Notes: generated by a model not told the origin, from the letters alone. Shown: positions 1-13,298, counted from the stretch's first letter. The stretch: 64,000 nt of DNA from Octopus sinensis (GCF_006345805.1 NC_043007.1:52700001-52764000); one strand, 5' to 3'. A program made the numbers and translations.

Positions 1-432
1 ACCATACCACACTACACATCACATCACAACACACCACCCATACACCAGCACTGACCAATTCCCATCCCCACATTTTCACACCTACACATACACACACGCA
101 CATGTCAAGACCACCAGCCCTCTTTCACATGCACATACGTACTCTCTTACACTCATGCGCACCTTCGTTTTGGGGATCACCTTTACTTTGTTATCTCCCC
201 TACTTCTTCGCTCTCCTGTGTGACCCTTCTATCTGGCATTCGCCATGATAGATCGGTAGCCACTACACACATTGTTTTCTCTCCTTGTTTCTTTCTGTGT
301 TCCTTTCTGTGGAAGAGCGTAGGCTCGAAGCGTAAAAGACTTTTTCAATTCCTGAGCGTTATACTAATACATCTGTTTGTTTTCTACACCACCTTCGTCT
401 TTTGTTTTTTCGTGAATTCTCCCCCTATAGAT
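1..432 (+). mobile_element. Penelope-like element 3' end / pseudo-LTR (family F1)
   Basis: Reverse-complement match to 40865-41270, which is the tail of a GIY-YIG-encoding PLE; contains an HHR-like motif at 303-338. Confidence 0.7.
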
Positions 433-3016
433 ATATATATATATATATATATATACTAGCGGAGATACTCGGCATTGCTCAGGATTAAAATGGCATAGTT
501 TTTTATTGTTTTACTTGTTTTGATCATGTGACTGTGGCCATGTGGGATCACTGCCTTTAGTTGAAGAAATTGATCCTAGGATTTATTCTTTGTAAGCCTA
601 GTACTTATTCTCTCAGTTTATTTTGCCAAATGGCTAAGTTTATCATCATCATCCAAGTCAGGTGTCACAAAAATATTAATAGCAACAACAACTTCAAACA
701 GCAACAATAATTACAACAGTAATGGATGAAATCAGTAATAATCTGCTGTAATGAACTCCACCCTGCCACCTTATTAAGAAGCAGGGTGTATTTCAGATCA
801 AGTCTCCTGTCATGTAATCCAAGGGCAACAGGTATGATAGTAGTACAGCTGCTGGTAGTAGTTGTAGCAGTGTATTGGTTACAGTAGTAGTAGTAGTAGT
901 CGTGTAGTAGAGATAATTGTAATAATATCAGTGGTATGATAGTTATTGTTGCTTTTTGGCAACAATAACTATGAGTTCTGAATGATGCATTGTTTGACCC
1001 ACTAAGGATAGCAGCCAGATCTCCCTCAAACCATGCCATGAAAAAGAAAGGACACACTGGATAATGTAATCTTAGTTATACTATGCCTAAAAAAAGATCT
1101 GGATTACAGCTGACCTGAGGATAAATGACATCATAAGAGAGGTGACATAAGGAGTCAAAACGATCCACCAAATAACACTCTATTTAAAAGATTTATGATG
1201 AGGATGAAGCTTCTTGTCCAGTATCCTCTTCATTTAGTTTCACATAAAAAGCAATTATATCAGTTACGTTATGTCACTTCCTAGGTGGAAGTGATAGACA
1301 GTTCAGCTAGATAGTTCAGAGGAATTGAAGCCTTTGTAGTAGAGTAGGAAATCAGTGTGAAATGTTTCAGAATTAGTCTAGAATATTTGTATGTGTGACA
1401 CAAATAGCACTTCATAAACAGCTTATTTATATATTTATTTTGCTCAAAAAGTGTAAAACACATCATGTAGGACTACCTTGAAGGTTTACTTGCTTGTTCT
1501 TCAACACAAGAAGGGATGAGGATTAGGATCCTTTCCTTGATATGAGTGTGCCTCTATGCTGTGAAAGAGACTAAATTGTTACATCGCCCTTGAAAGATGT
1601 TTGAAGGCCTTTGCAGAGAGGATGTGTGGATTTGACAAGTAGTGTCTACCTTGCATGTGGATTGTGCTTGTGAATCTTTCCTTATCAGGAAGGACAGAAT
1701 CCACAATCCTTTACAAGGCCTCCAAGACAGGTGTATAGTGGATGGTTAAGGGTAAATAAAGTGTGGTATCATCTTCATAAGTGTGAGCATAGTTAGAAGT
1801 GGCAACAAGTAGACTATTAATGAGATTTTGCAAAGACGAAAGTTACCTTTAGGACAAAGTGTTCGAGGGTCTTGGAAAAGATGCAGACAAGATGATTTGA
1901 AAGGACTAAAATCATTTTCAGTTGCCACATATGTGCTAGTAGACTGGAGGAAAAATATTTGAGTGTGTTCAGTGGGAAGTGGGAAGGAAAGTGGGTGGGA
2001 GTACTACTTAGGGAGCCATCTTCATTGTCAAGTACCAAGGATTTGATAAAGTTGGTAAGAGGCTGAGAGGTGTTGGTATTTAAAATGTTAGTAATGAGGG
2101 AAGTGGATGACAGTGAATAGGTTGTGGTTGTGTACATAGCTACTAATGAAGCTAGAGGGGATAGCTATTAGCAGTAGTGTTGGTGGCAGAATCATGTAAA
2201 TAATACTATTTCCATCTCCACCCTACCCTGGTTACCTCAAATACCACCACCACTAGCACATCAACATCAACACAATCATTATTATCACTGTCTAGTAAGC
2301 AACAAAAGATAAACATCAAGTGATAGTTTATGGATTAAATATATCCAGATTAATCTGATTTCTGATAAAGTCATTCACGTGTTCCATTAAAAACTATTCC
2401 TAAACATGCATACATTTGTATGTGTATATATGTCTGCATGTGTGTATTTGCATTTGTGCACATGCACATATATATATATATAATTATATGAACATGCATG
2501 TATTTATATATAATTATATAAACATACACTCACACACATATATATAATTACAGAAACACACCCATCATGCATATATAATTATATGTATCGTTTGATCTTG
2601 CTAGGGTTATTTTGCTAATAGATTCATATGCACTTTTTAGAATGTGTGGAAGTGAGTGTGTGCACATGTGAGTGTTTCATTTAGATTTAAGATTTTATTT
2701 TATTACTTGGGCACTGGTTGTGTGCATGTCTATGTGTTTGTTGATGTGTGTGTATGCACATGTGCACGCATATATATGTACAAACATGCAAGAGTCACTT
2801 TTTCATGTGTATTAGCTTTATTTTCAGAATCTAAGCATGTTATATTTGTGGGTTTGTGTATTTCACATACCTTCTTTTACCTCAAGGAGATTCTAAATTT
2901 ATCTACACACACACACATTTTCTCACACACCCCATGAACATACGACATGAACACCTCTTATATAAATATAGGTGAATGTAAGTATATGTGGATGTAGGTG
3001 TGAAAATAAGTACATA

Positions 3017-4155
3017 CCAGGTTAAGCCAAAAGTTTTTCGTATTTCAACATATGAAAAGTAATTATTCATCAAAATATATCCCATCATATTCTATTGCTT
3101 GTTGCCATCATTATGCCAGAAGTTCAATTCCATGTTTATACTGTTTAGAAATTTTAGAGGCAAAAATACTACCCTGCACCTATTTTCAATTTCATCCACA
3201 TTGTTGAATTTCTGTCCATGCTGCAAATGAACCATGGCTTGAAAAAGGTAGTAATCTGATGATGCAAGGTCTGGACTGTAGGCAGAGTGAGGCAGCACTT
3301 CCAATTCCTCAAGTTTGCACTCGGTCACATTGGCACTGTGTGCTGAGGCATTGTCATGCTGTAGGAATGCACATCTTTGATTGACTAATGTCAAGTAGCA
3401 GGCTTGCAAAGCATCATATACTCACTGCAGTTATTGAGCATAAAGGTTAGTGTTCACAGTATGACCATCTGGGACAAGCTCAAAGTGCAACACCTCCTTG
3501 AAATTCCAGCAAACACACAGCATGACCTTCTGTTTAAACCGCCCCTGTTTGACAATAGGTTTTGAAGACTGGCTCAAACAAAGCCACTGATTTCTCCTAT
3601 TAGGATTATAAAAATAGATCCATTCTTCATTCAATGCCAAGAATGAATATCTCAAACATCTGTTCCCAAGGCTGAGCTTATGGAGGTGTCAATTGATGGT
3701 ACTTTGTGAAAGATTAATTTCTACCAATAATGTATGAATGCTAGTGCTTGGCTGTTGTTCAGCCATTTCAAGCAAGGCCTCATCTTCTACAACAGAAGGT
3801 CCCCCTGAACTTGGTTTGTCTTCAAGGCTGGTGTCATCTCCCTTGAAACATTTGAACTAGTTTTACGCCACATATTCAATGACAGTTCCTGGGCCTTCCA
3901 CATCATTAATTTCTTTTGCTGCCACACTTGCACTCAATCCTTTCTCCACAGGTAGCATAAAATGACTTCAATTGGGATTTTTTTATCACCCATTATCAAA
4001 GCTGTAAAATAAAGGATAGATAATTAATGCTTATATGTTACATAGGAAAGTAAAAGAATAAACAATTTAGCAATGATTGGACAAGTATCAAATAAATGAT
4101 GTAATACAAGTTATCAAATCAATAAATATTCAAAACACATTTTGACTTAACCTAG
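3017..4155 (-). mobile_element. mariner transposon, near full length, degenerate
   Basis: Imperfect TIRs (CCAGGTTAAGCCAAAA / revcomp CTAGGTTAAGTCAAAA) with TA flanks; DNASAH and YSPDLASSDY motifs in ORF 3092-3409; KVMLCVCWNFK in ORF 3431-3655. Confidence 0.9.
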
Positions 4156-4540
4156 TATATGTGTGGACAGCTTTATATATATTTATAAGCAACGACAAAT
4201 TCGAGACTGAATTTAAGACGTCTGTTTACATGGTAGTTCAAACAGATGTCTTATTACCTCCGCCAAGGAAGAAAGTTATGTTAATGATCTCTCTATTGTA
4301 TTGTCTTTGAAACGTTTGTATGTATTAAATCCAATTTTGATTTTAACATTTTTTCTCCAATATTATACTTGTTATTTTTGGCAGTCCTTTGATATAACTT
4401 GCTACTTCAATTGTTATTTTCATATTCTTACTACTCTGGCTGATTTTTATGAATATGATGAATTTTTATTGGAAATTATTTTCTCTCTTTGTGGATTCCT
4501 CAAAACGTTTGAATTGTTCTATTTGAACTTCATCGTCGAT

Positions 4541-5625
4541 TAACGTCTGCTTTCCATGCTGGCATAGGCTGGACAGTTTGACTGAGGGCTGGTGAGCCAG
4601 AAGGTTGCACCAGGCTCCAATCTGATCTGGTAAAATTTCTACAGCTGTATGCCCTTTCTAATGCCAACCATTCCGAGAGTGTAGTGGGTGCTTTAACATG
4701 CCACCGGTATGAGGGTCAGTCAGGCAATACTGGCACATACCATGCTCAAATGGTGCTTTTTACATGCACAGGAGCCAGCAGGCGGCACTGGCAATGATCA
4801 CGCTCGAATAGTGCTTTTGATGTTCCACAGGCTCGGGTGTCAGTCAGTCGGTACCATCATTGGCCAGGACAACAATTTCACTTGCCTCAACAGGTCTTCG
4901 CAAGCAGAGATTATTGCCCAATGTTTGAAGGGTACTCTTAAATGGGCTTGTTATGCAGCACTGGCATAGGCCACAGTTATGGTCTCACTTGGCTTTCTGG
5001 GTCTTCTCAAGCACAGCATATCTCCAAAGATCTTGCTCACTTGTCATTGCCTCGGAGAGGCCCAATGTTCGAAGGTCATGCTTCACCACCTCGTCCCAGA
5101 TCTTCCTGGGTCTACCTCTTCCGCAGGTTCCCTCAGCTGCTAGGGTGTGACACTTTTACACACAGCTGTCCTCATCCATTCGCAATACACAACTATACCA
5201 TTGCAGTCGTCTCTCTTGCACCTCACATCTGATGCTTCTTAAGTCCAACTTTTCTCTCAGGGTGCTTACACTGTCGTGTATGCACACTGACATTACACAT
5301 CCAGCAGAGCATACTAGTTTCACCTTGCAGTCACAGCCCATGTTTCACTGCCATGTAGCATGGCTGTTCACACACATGTGTCATACAGTCTATCTTTTAC
5401 TCTGAGCAAGAGGTCTATTGTCACCAGCAGAAGTAGGAGCTCTCTGAATTTTGCCCAGGCTATTCTTATTCAAGCAGCTACACTTTCAGAGCGTCCACCC
5501 CGGCTACTGACTTAGTCACCTAGGTAATGGAAGCTATCAACTATTTGTAGTTTTTTACCAGGAATGTGACAGAAGCCGTTCTCTGCACATTTTCAGTGTT
5601 TATTGCTCCTGAGCATTTGCCACAC
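4541..5625 (-). mobile_element. RTE-clade LINE, 5'-truncated (C-terminus and 3' UTR)
   Basis: ERRLQWYSCVLRMDEDSCV; 3' end matches the other copies (tttccatgctggcat). Confidence 0.85.
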
Positions 5626-5644
5626 ACGTATATACATATATATA

Positions 5645-6112
5645 TATCATCATCATTTAACATTCGTTTTACATCTTGGCATGGGTTGGACAGTTTGACT
5701 GAGGTATGAAGTGCCAGTGGCTGCAACAGGCCCCAATCCGATCCAGCAATGTTTCTATAGCTGGATGCCCTTCCTAACACCAACCACTCTGAGAAGGTAG
5801 TGGGTGCTTTTTATGTGCCACTGGCACAAGAGTCAGTCAGTGGGCATTGGCCACAGCTATGAGTTTGCTTTTACTTGACTCAACAGGTCTTCTAATGCAC
5901 ATCATATCGCCTGATGCATCGCATCAAGGGTACTCTTAAACGGGCCAGACATGCAACACTGGCATTGGTCATGGCTGTGATCTCACATTAGTTGCCAGGT
6001 CTTCTCAGTCACACCATATCTCCAAAGGTCTCAGTCTCCTGTCATTGCCCCTGTGAGTCCCAATGTTTGAAGGTAATGTTTCACCACCTCATCCCATGTC
6101 TTCCTGGGTCTA
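5645..6112 (-). mobile_element. RTE LINE 3' UTR fragment with (TGA)n tail
   Basis: Same 3' terminal sequence as the copies at 30083 and 55685. Confidence 0.75.
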
Positions 6113-6371
6113 ATACATATATATACATATAAATCTCTATATACACATTGCTTGACAACCGATGCTCGTGTGTTTACGTCCCCATCACTTAGCGGTTTGG
6201 CAAAAAGAGACCGATAGAATAAGTACTGGGCTTACAAAGAATAAGTCCCGGGGTCAACTAAAGGCGGTGCTCCAGCATGGCCGCAGTCAAATGACTGAAA
6301 CAAATAAAAGAAAAAAGAAGAAAGAAAGAAAGAATATATATATGTATATATATGTGTGTGTATATATGTAT

Positions 6372-6830
6372 ATCACCTTGACCGACCAGTCCGTCAGGCG
6401 TCCATTTGACACTGCTGATCACAGCATGCAGTCCACTCCTCTCTGGATCGCGCCTTCCTCATCCCAATTGCCCTCCTAAAATTGTAACTCCACCATCATA
6501 GAGGCCTTCCGAGTGGTCGTTTCCACTCGCGTGGGTACCACTCAACAACTGTGCAGGTCCACCGATTATCGGAGAGCCGGGCGACATGTCCAGTCTATCT
6601 AAACTTGCTGTGTGTATATTCTGCGATGACATCCCTCACGCCGGACTTCTCTCTGATGACCTAGCAACTGATGTGCTCTCTCAACGAGATTCCAAGTATT
6701 GACTTCTCCATGGCTCTTTGAGCCATTATCAATCTCTGTTCTTCTCTCTTTGTCGTAGCCCCTGTTTCACTACCATATAACATTGCTGGTAGAACTGTGC
6801 TTTTGATGAGGTTGGCGAGGGCCACAGCTA
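6372..6830 (-). mobile_element. Second RTE-type LINE family, 3' fragment
   Basis: VLPAMLYGSET...RLIMAQRAMEKSILG and, further 3', WYPREWKRPLGRP. Confidence 0.75.
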
Positions 6831-7153
6831 CAATTTTGGTTTTACTTGACTCAACAGGTCTTCTCAAGCATATCATATTGCCTGACACATCAAAGGTACT
6901 CTTAAATGGGCTGGACATGCAACACTGGCATAGGTCATGGTTGCGATCTCACTTTAGTTGCTGGGTCTTCTCAGTCACAGCATATCTCCAAAGGTGTTGG
7001 TCTCCTGTCATTGCTTCTGTTAGGCCCAATGTTCGAAGGTAATGTTTTACCACCTCATCCCATGTCTTCTTAGGTCTAATACATATATATACATACAAAT
7101 CTATATATCTACAATCTATGTGTATAAATCTGTACATAAACATCTATATATAC

Positions 7154-7188
<35 letters not shown>

Positions 7189-7365
7189 CATATATATGTA
7201 CACAGATATACACATATATTTATACACATACATATATATATGTGTGTGTGTGTGATATATATATATATCTGTAAATGTAATATGTGACAATTATTCAGTA
7301 GCCATGATAAATTCCTCTTTTTACATAATATCAAGGTCTCTTCTTTTGTCATACCATTTTTATCA

Positions 7366-7399
<34 letters not shown>

Positions 7400-7803
7400 G
7401 TATATATATGTATATATATATGTATATATGTGTATATATATATATAAATGCATAAATATATATGTACAGATAAGAAAAGAACTATCTGAATATATCAAAC
7501 CACGGTTTATCATTTAAATTGATGATGATGATGATGTTAACCTTATAGAAAGGCCTATACATAAGGTAATACACCAGTAGTGCTTACAGATACATTTATC
7601 CCTTAGACAGTTGCATAACCTCTAACTCATAATTTTTATATATATGTGTGTGTATATATATATATATATATATGTATATATAGAGATATATGTACATATT
7701 GTTATATTTCGGAATGGTCATATTGCCAGTTTAGCCAATAAAAACACACGCACTATATATTTGGTGTTATTTATTTTTTACATTAATCTTAATCTTATTT
7801 CAG

Positions 7804-7846
7804 CCAGAGTTCTTTCGTCACACTCCTGTGACCGCATCAGTGGTCC
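7804..7846 (-). ncRNA. Type I hammerhead-like motif, family F2 (A9 to C in this copy)
   Basis: CCA-CTGATGC-G-GTCACA ggag TGTGAC-GAAA-G aa C-TC-TGG; sister copy at 11067-11111. Confidence 0.6.
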
Positions 7847-7929
7847 TTTGTTTTCTTCTTTCTTATTTGTGTTTTTCCTTACTAACCGTCAGCCATTTTG
7901 TATTTCTATTGTATGTCTTCATTTGCGCA

Positions 7930-8445
7930 TGCTTATATCTCTATGCACAGGAGCCAGTCCAGCGGCACTGGCAACAACCACGCTCAAATGTTTTTTTATG
8001 TACCACCAGCATTTTTACGTGCCACCTGCACAGAAGCCAGTCAGCTGCTCTGGCAATGACTACACTCGGATGCTCCACTGGCACAAGTGCCAGTCATTGA
8101 ATTTAATTCGATCTTTATTTCACTTGCCTCAACAGTGTCTAATGAAGGAAAGGTATGCATAAGTGGGCTGGTTACACCCCAGGAATAGGCCATGGATTAT
8201 GGTTACACTTGGCTTGCCGGGTCTTCTTATGCACTGCATATTTCCAAAGGTCTCAGTCACTAGTCATTGCCTTGGTGAGGCCCAATGTTTGAAGGTCATG
8301 CTTCAGCATCTCATCCCAGGTTTTCCTGGGTCTACCTCTTCCACAGGTTCCCTCAACCGCGAGGGTGTGGCACTTTTTCACACAGCTATCCTCATCCATT
8401 CTCGCCACATGACCATACCAGTGCAGGTAACGGATGCATTGTACT
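7930..8445 (-). mobile_element. RTE LINE C-terminus and 3' UTR fragment
   Basis: LHWYGHVARMDEDSCVKKCHTLAVEGTCGRGRPRKTW in ORF 8253-8486; a similar fragment lies at about 6830-7075. Confidence 0.8.
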
Positions 8446-10545
8446 AGGTCTAATAGTATAGAAGTCATTGACAAGTTTAGAACCATCAGGAATAAAAATA
8501 AAGCGAGATTTACACAATTTGATATTGTAGATTTCTATGCTTTTATCTCTAAGGAACTGCTCAATAAAGCCCTCACCTTCGCAAGTGAATTTTTAGAAAT
8601 TAGTACACAAGATAAGGACATAATATTCCATGCTAGAAAGACTTTACTCTTTGGTGAGAATGCAGAGTGGGTTAAGACAACCAATACAGAGGGTGCCTTC
8701 GATGTGAGCATAGGATCATATGATGGAGCAGGTATATGTGATCTCATTGGACTATTCCTACTCGATACATTGGGTAAAACTTTTCCTCGTATATATTTCG
8801 CCATTTACAAAGCTGATGCTCTGGCTTTAACCACAAACACCAATGGACTAGCGCAATTTTGGTTTAGGAAGGACATTATCCAAATGATGGAAACATTTGA
8901 TCTTAGTGTAACAATAGATACCAACCTGATGTTATCAATTTCCTAGGTGTATTTAAATAAGAATATTTACAAAACCTATAGAAAGCCCAATGATAGACTT
9001 AGCTATATTAATGTAGGTTCCTGCTATCCTCCCATACTATTTAAGAATTTATTAGCAAGAGAATTTATAGCATCTCCTCCAATATAAACATTTTTAATAG
9101 TGTTGCCCTAATATATAATAAAGCTCTAAAAGATAGTGGTTTTAGCGAGGAAATAAACTATATACCTGTCATTAGTCCAGTAATAAAGAAAAGGTAAAAT
9201 AGGAAAATTATCCTGCAGAGTTAAAAATTTGTGCCCACTAAATGTAGCTTGTATGACCGAGGCCATCATTTATGAAACCACTGTAGACTCTACAACCACT
9301 AAGGACATAGTTTCGTCAAAGAAATATGTGGGTCTCACAGAGGGAAATTTTAAAGCCAGGTTCAACAATCATACCTTAAGCTTCAGACACTAGGATAAAA
9401 GGAAAACAACCAAATTATCCAGTTATATATGGTCCTTAAAAGAAAAAGGTGTCGGCTATAAAATTCACTGGAAGATCTTGGACAGGTGTAAGACTTATAC
9501 CAATGGCAGTGGAAAGTGTGGTCTTTGCGATTTGGATAGATGGCTTATCTGGAAAAGTTCTTTAGACCCCGCTACATGTCTAAATTCAAGAACTGAACTT
9601 TTTGGATCATGTCCACATATGGCAAAACATTTGTTACATTTTTGGACCCCCTAAGATCACAGATAGAACCTGCTTTTTATATTATGTCTACGTACAAGCC
9701 TTTCATGTCTTAACATCTCTTACATATTTATATATATTTTATTACTTTATATATATTTTTTCTGTATATTATTTTTCACCCTTTATAATTGTGTAACTTA
9801 TATGCGTGTAGTATATACCTAATGTATATGTATGTGCATATATACATATGTACGAGTGCAAGACTCTACTTGTTGTACTTGTCTCCTTCCTTCATACATA
9901 TATGTATGTATATACGTTTATATATCTGCAGGTGTAGATGTGTTTGACAGACAGGAGAGTGTATTTATGTATATACATAACTCATTTGTATATTCAGGTT
10001 TTGTGGTGAATATGTTTTAGTGTTTTTATTTGTATATACGTCTATCCACGTATGAGCATGTGCATATAGACTACGTTTTGTATATCCACGTATGTATGTG
10101 TATGTGCATATAGAGATGTGTATACAAACATAATCATGTGTGCGTTTTTATTTGTATATGTTTTCCACGGATGTATATGCATGCGCATATAAACTACATT
10201 TTGTATATCTGCATATGTGTGTGCATGTAGAGATGTATATATGAGCGTAGCATGTGTGTATAGACACATATATGTATATATGTGTGTGTGTTTGTAAGTA
10301 TATGTACACGCGTGTGTGAATATATAGATATATATATATACATACATGTGCATTGTGTGTGTGTGTATGTGTGCATATGCGGATTCTATGAATGAGTATT
10401 ACTTTCACCATGCCTATTGGAGTAATTTTCCTTTATTCAACGTTTCTTTTCATAGCGTTTTGTCTTAATAACTGATGAGATGCTGGAGCAGGTTTCAGCC
10501 CCAGTATCTGAAACTCTGAGCTTTATTATGACAACCAACTAATTG
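8446..10545 (+). mobile_element. Penelope-like element, probably Naiad-type (RT, GIY-YIG, long 3' UTR, HHR), 5'-truncated and frameshifted
   Basis: RT motifs FDIVDFY and GSYDGAGICDLIG; GIY-YIG IIYETTV...KYVGLTEGNFKARFNNH...KCGLC ending at about 9655; HHR-like motif at 10462-10532. Confidence 0.85.
10462..10532 (+). ncRNA. Type I hammerhead-like motif, family F3
   Basis: TAATAA-CTGATGA-GATGCTGG...CCAGTATC-T-GAAA-CTC t GAG-CT-TTATTA; stem I covaries with the copy at 50451. Confidence 0.65.
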
Positions 10546-10709
10546 CTACATATTATATTTATATATATGTGTGTGTGTATATATATATATGTGTGTGTGT
10601 GTCTATATATATATATATAAAGAAATAATTAAGATGCAGTTGAATTAGGTACTTAAGTTGAAGCACCAAATCAGTCTGGTATTATCCGTACAGCTCAAAA
10701 TATGGTGAA

Positions 10710-10905
10710 TAAAATCAAAATAAGCAACAAGATATCAAGTTGTAATGCGGTACAATCGTTTCAAGTGGGTACATTTAATTGAACATGCAATCATTACCTC
10801 ACATTTAAATTGATATAATGATTGCATTGTTCAATTAAATGGAGAAGCAGTCATACTGCATTACTACTTGATATCCTTTTGCGCATTTTGATTTTTATAT
10901 ATATA
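10710..10905. repeat. Imperfect nested palindrome (collapsed inverted PLE-like termini)
   Basis: ataaaatcaaaataagcaacaagatatcaagttgtaatgcggta pairs with tactgcattactacttgatatccttttgcgcattttgatttttat; inner arms catttaattgaacatgcaatcatta / taatgattgcattgttcaattaaatg. Confidence 0.7.
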
Positions 10906-10929
10906 CGTATATATATTTGTTTTCCAAGA

Positions 10930-11315
10930 TTCTTGATGTGAATTCGTGTGTTGAAACAGATATTGTTGTATTTGGGGATGGTCATGTCGCCAGTTTAGCC
11001 AATAAAAGACACGCACTATATATTTGGTGCTCACTTGCTTCAGCTTTATTTTATACTAATCGTTTTGGACAGAGTTCTTTTGCCACACTACTGTGACCTC
11101 ATCAGTGGTCCTTCTTTTTTGTGTCTTTCCTTACTAATGATCAGCCATTTTGTATCTCTATTGTATGTGTCTTTATTTGCACATACATACAACTCTGGCT
11201 GAAATACAATTAATATAAAATAAAGCTGAAGCAAGTGAACACCAAATATATATAGTGTGTGAGTTTTTATTGGCTAAACTGGCAACATGAGCATCCCCAA
11301 ATGCAACAATATATA
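10930..11315 (-). mobile_element. Fold-back cassette: ~120-bp inverted arms around a hammerhead (F2)
   Basis: 10945-11066 is the reverse complement of 11185-11310; HHR GGACCA-CTGATGA-GGTCACA gtag TGTGGC-AAAA at 11067-11111; partial second copy at 7690-7930. Confidence 0.75.
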
Positions 11316-11321
11316 TATATA

Positions 11322-12142
11322 TGTTAGAAAAAATAAGGTACTCAGATATCTGGATGGTTGTACATTTACAGATTTTTATTAATCATATATTAGCGCTTGC
11401 ATCTACTCTAGTAGATTCTTCAGATTTGAATTTTTTGAGAGGATTCATCTCTTTTTATAGTATTATTGAGTGTGTAGGGGTGGAGAGAGATATAGGATAG
11501 TAAACATTGGACAAGGATGATGATGATGATGATGATGATAATAAATCCAGACAATTTTTTGAAAAATAACTTTTATTAACCAACTTGTCATCTATTGAAA
11601 GAACTGAACAGCTGTATAGATGTAAACACAATTTTTTTCTGCCTTCTCTTTTCCATTAACACTCCTTTCAGATACACAGGCACACATATACACACTCTCT
11701 CTCACTGGACAATGATGATAACGATGATAATAAATCCAGACAATTTTTTGAAAAATAACTTTTATCAAAACAAGACCCCCACCCAGAGTAGCCACCTAGT
11801 TGTGCCATTTTTAAAGGCCAAGAATCAACTCATCACTTTCTATTGAAAGAACTGACCAGCTGTATAGATGTAAACATTTTTTCTTCCTTCTCTTTTCCAT
11901 TGACACTTCTTTCAGATACACAGGCATACACACACACACTCTCTCACTTTCTCCTCATTCCTTACCCTCTTTTACTATCCTATATCTCTTGTCACCCCTA
12001 CACACTCAAAAAAGAGACGAATCCCCTCAAAAAATTCAAATCTAAAGAATCTACTAGAGTAGATGCAAGCGCTATGTATATGTGACATATTAATAAAAAT
12101 CTGTACAACCATCCAGATCTCTGAGTACCTTCTTTTTCTAAT
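11322..12142. mobile_element. Fold-back cassette: ~115-bp inverted arms, each containing an HHR-like motif (F4), with internal direct duplications
   Basis: 11322-11437 is the reverse complement of 12027-12142; motif CTGAAGA-ATCTACT ag AGTAGAT-GCAA-GCGC-TA at 11388-11427(-) and 12038-12077(+). Confidence 0.7.
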
Positions 12143-12189
12143 ATATAATACCTCTACATCACCTCCAAACCTAATATATATATATAATG

Positions 12190-12652
12190 TTAAGGTTGTC
12201 AAGAAAGTTCTTGCGGTTTTTAACCTTTAAATTCAGATGCACATATCTCGGCTCAAACAAAACTTTATTAATCACTTTATTAATCAAAACAAACACCATC
12301 AGAATCAACACACTTTTGCCGACATGAAACAAGTTTATCCATACCAATAGTGTAAAAATCTTGCGTTCTGGTGGTGATGAAGTCATTGAAGGCGTGTTTG
12401 GCATCGTCTTGGTTTTTGAAGCATTTCTCATGCAAGAAGTTGTCGAGATGCTTGAAAAAGTGGTAGTCAGTAACCGAGAGGTCTGGTGAGTATGGCGGAT
12501 GAGGCAGAGTTTCATAGCCAAATTCGTTCAACTTCTGTGGGGTCAGTTGTGCGACATGTGGCCAAGCGTTGTCATGGAGAAGAATTGGTCCTTTTCTATT
12601 GACCAATGCTGGCTATTGTTGTCGGAGTTTTTTATGTATTTCATCCATTTGC
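12190..12652 (-). mobile_element. mariner 3' half (Hsmar1/SETMAR-like)
   Basis: LLHDNAWPH...HPPYSPDLSVTDYHFFKHL; terminal sequence ttaaggttgtcaagaaagttcttgcggtttt. Confidence 0.9.
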
Positions 12653-13144
12653 TGAAAGAAGACAGTTGTATATATGTGTATATTTCTGTGTCTGTGTTTG
12701 TACCCCAACCATTGCTTGACAACTGATGTTGCTGTGTTTATGTCCCCATAACTTAGCGGTTCGGCAAAAGATAATAAAAAAGTATGCCATTTTAATCCCG
12801 AGCAACACTGGGTATCTGCATATTTATACTTAAATATTTATCATCTGAAAGTTTCACCTTTTTGTTTTCTCTCATTTTGCAAGTACACATACTTTGTATT
12901 TCATATCCAAACTATTACATTTAATATATCCAACCCATGCCAGCATGGACAACAGACATTAAATGATGATGATGATCTAATTTGTTTACTGCATAATTGC
13001 CTCTATATCCACTCAACTCGATCCTTCTTATAGACATTCTTTACCCTGTGAAATTGATCCCCTGTAAAGACATTGGAGTCTAAATTTGAATCTTTTGAGT
13101 GCTACTAAGTGTCTTCTATACTGAGAATCTCTGGATCTCTTCTG

Positions 13145-13189
<45 letters not shown>

Positions 13190-13298
13190 ATTTTGCTTAG
13201 GCATTGTGAGACCAATAACCCAATGTAAAACTCAATATATGTTTCAGAACGAAGTGTTAGCTGAGTATAGCATGGAATAAATGATTATCCTGTGAATT

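Noticed and set aside
1480-2150. Possible ancient PLE remnant on the minus strand
   Set aside because: Only faint similarity, with no diagnostic motif readable; not annotated.
4215-4275. 13-bp hairpin plus ttattacctccgccaagga, reminiscent of Helentron-associated ends
   Set aside because: Too short and degenerate, with no matching second terminus found.
9200-9660. Possible selenocysteine (in-frame TGA at Cys positions), as reported for some Naiad PLEs
   Set aside because: The Cys codons I could read in the GIY-YIG regions at about 9220, 46690 and 49265 are TGT/TGC; no TGA at those positions.
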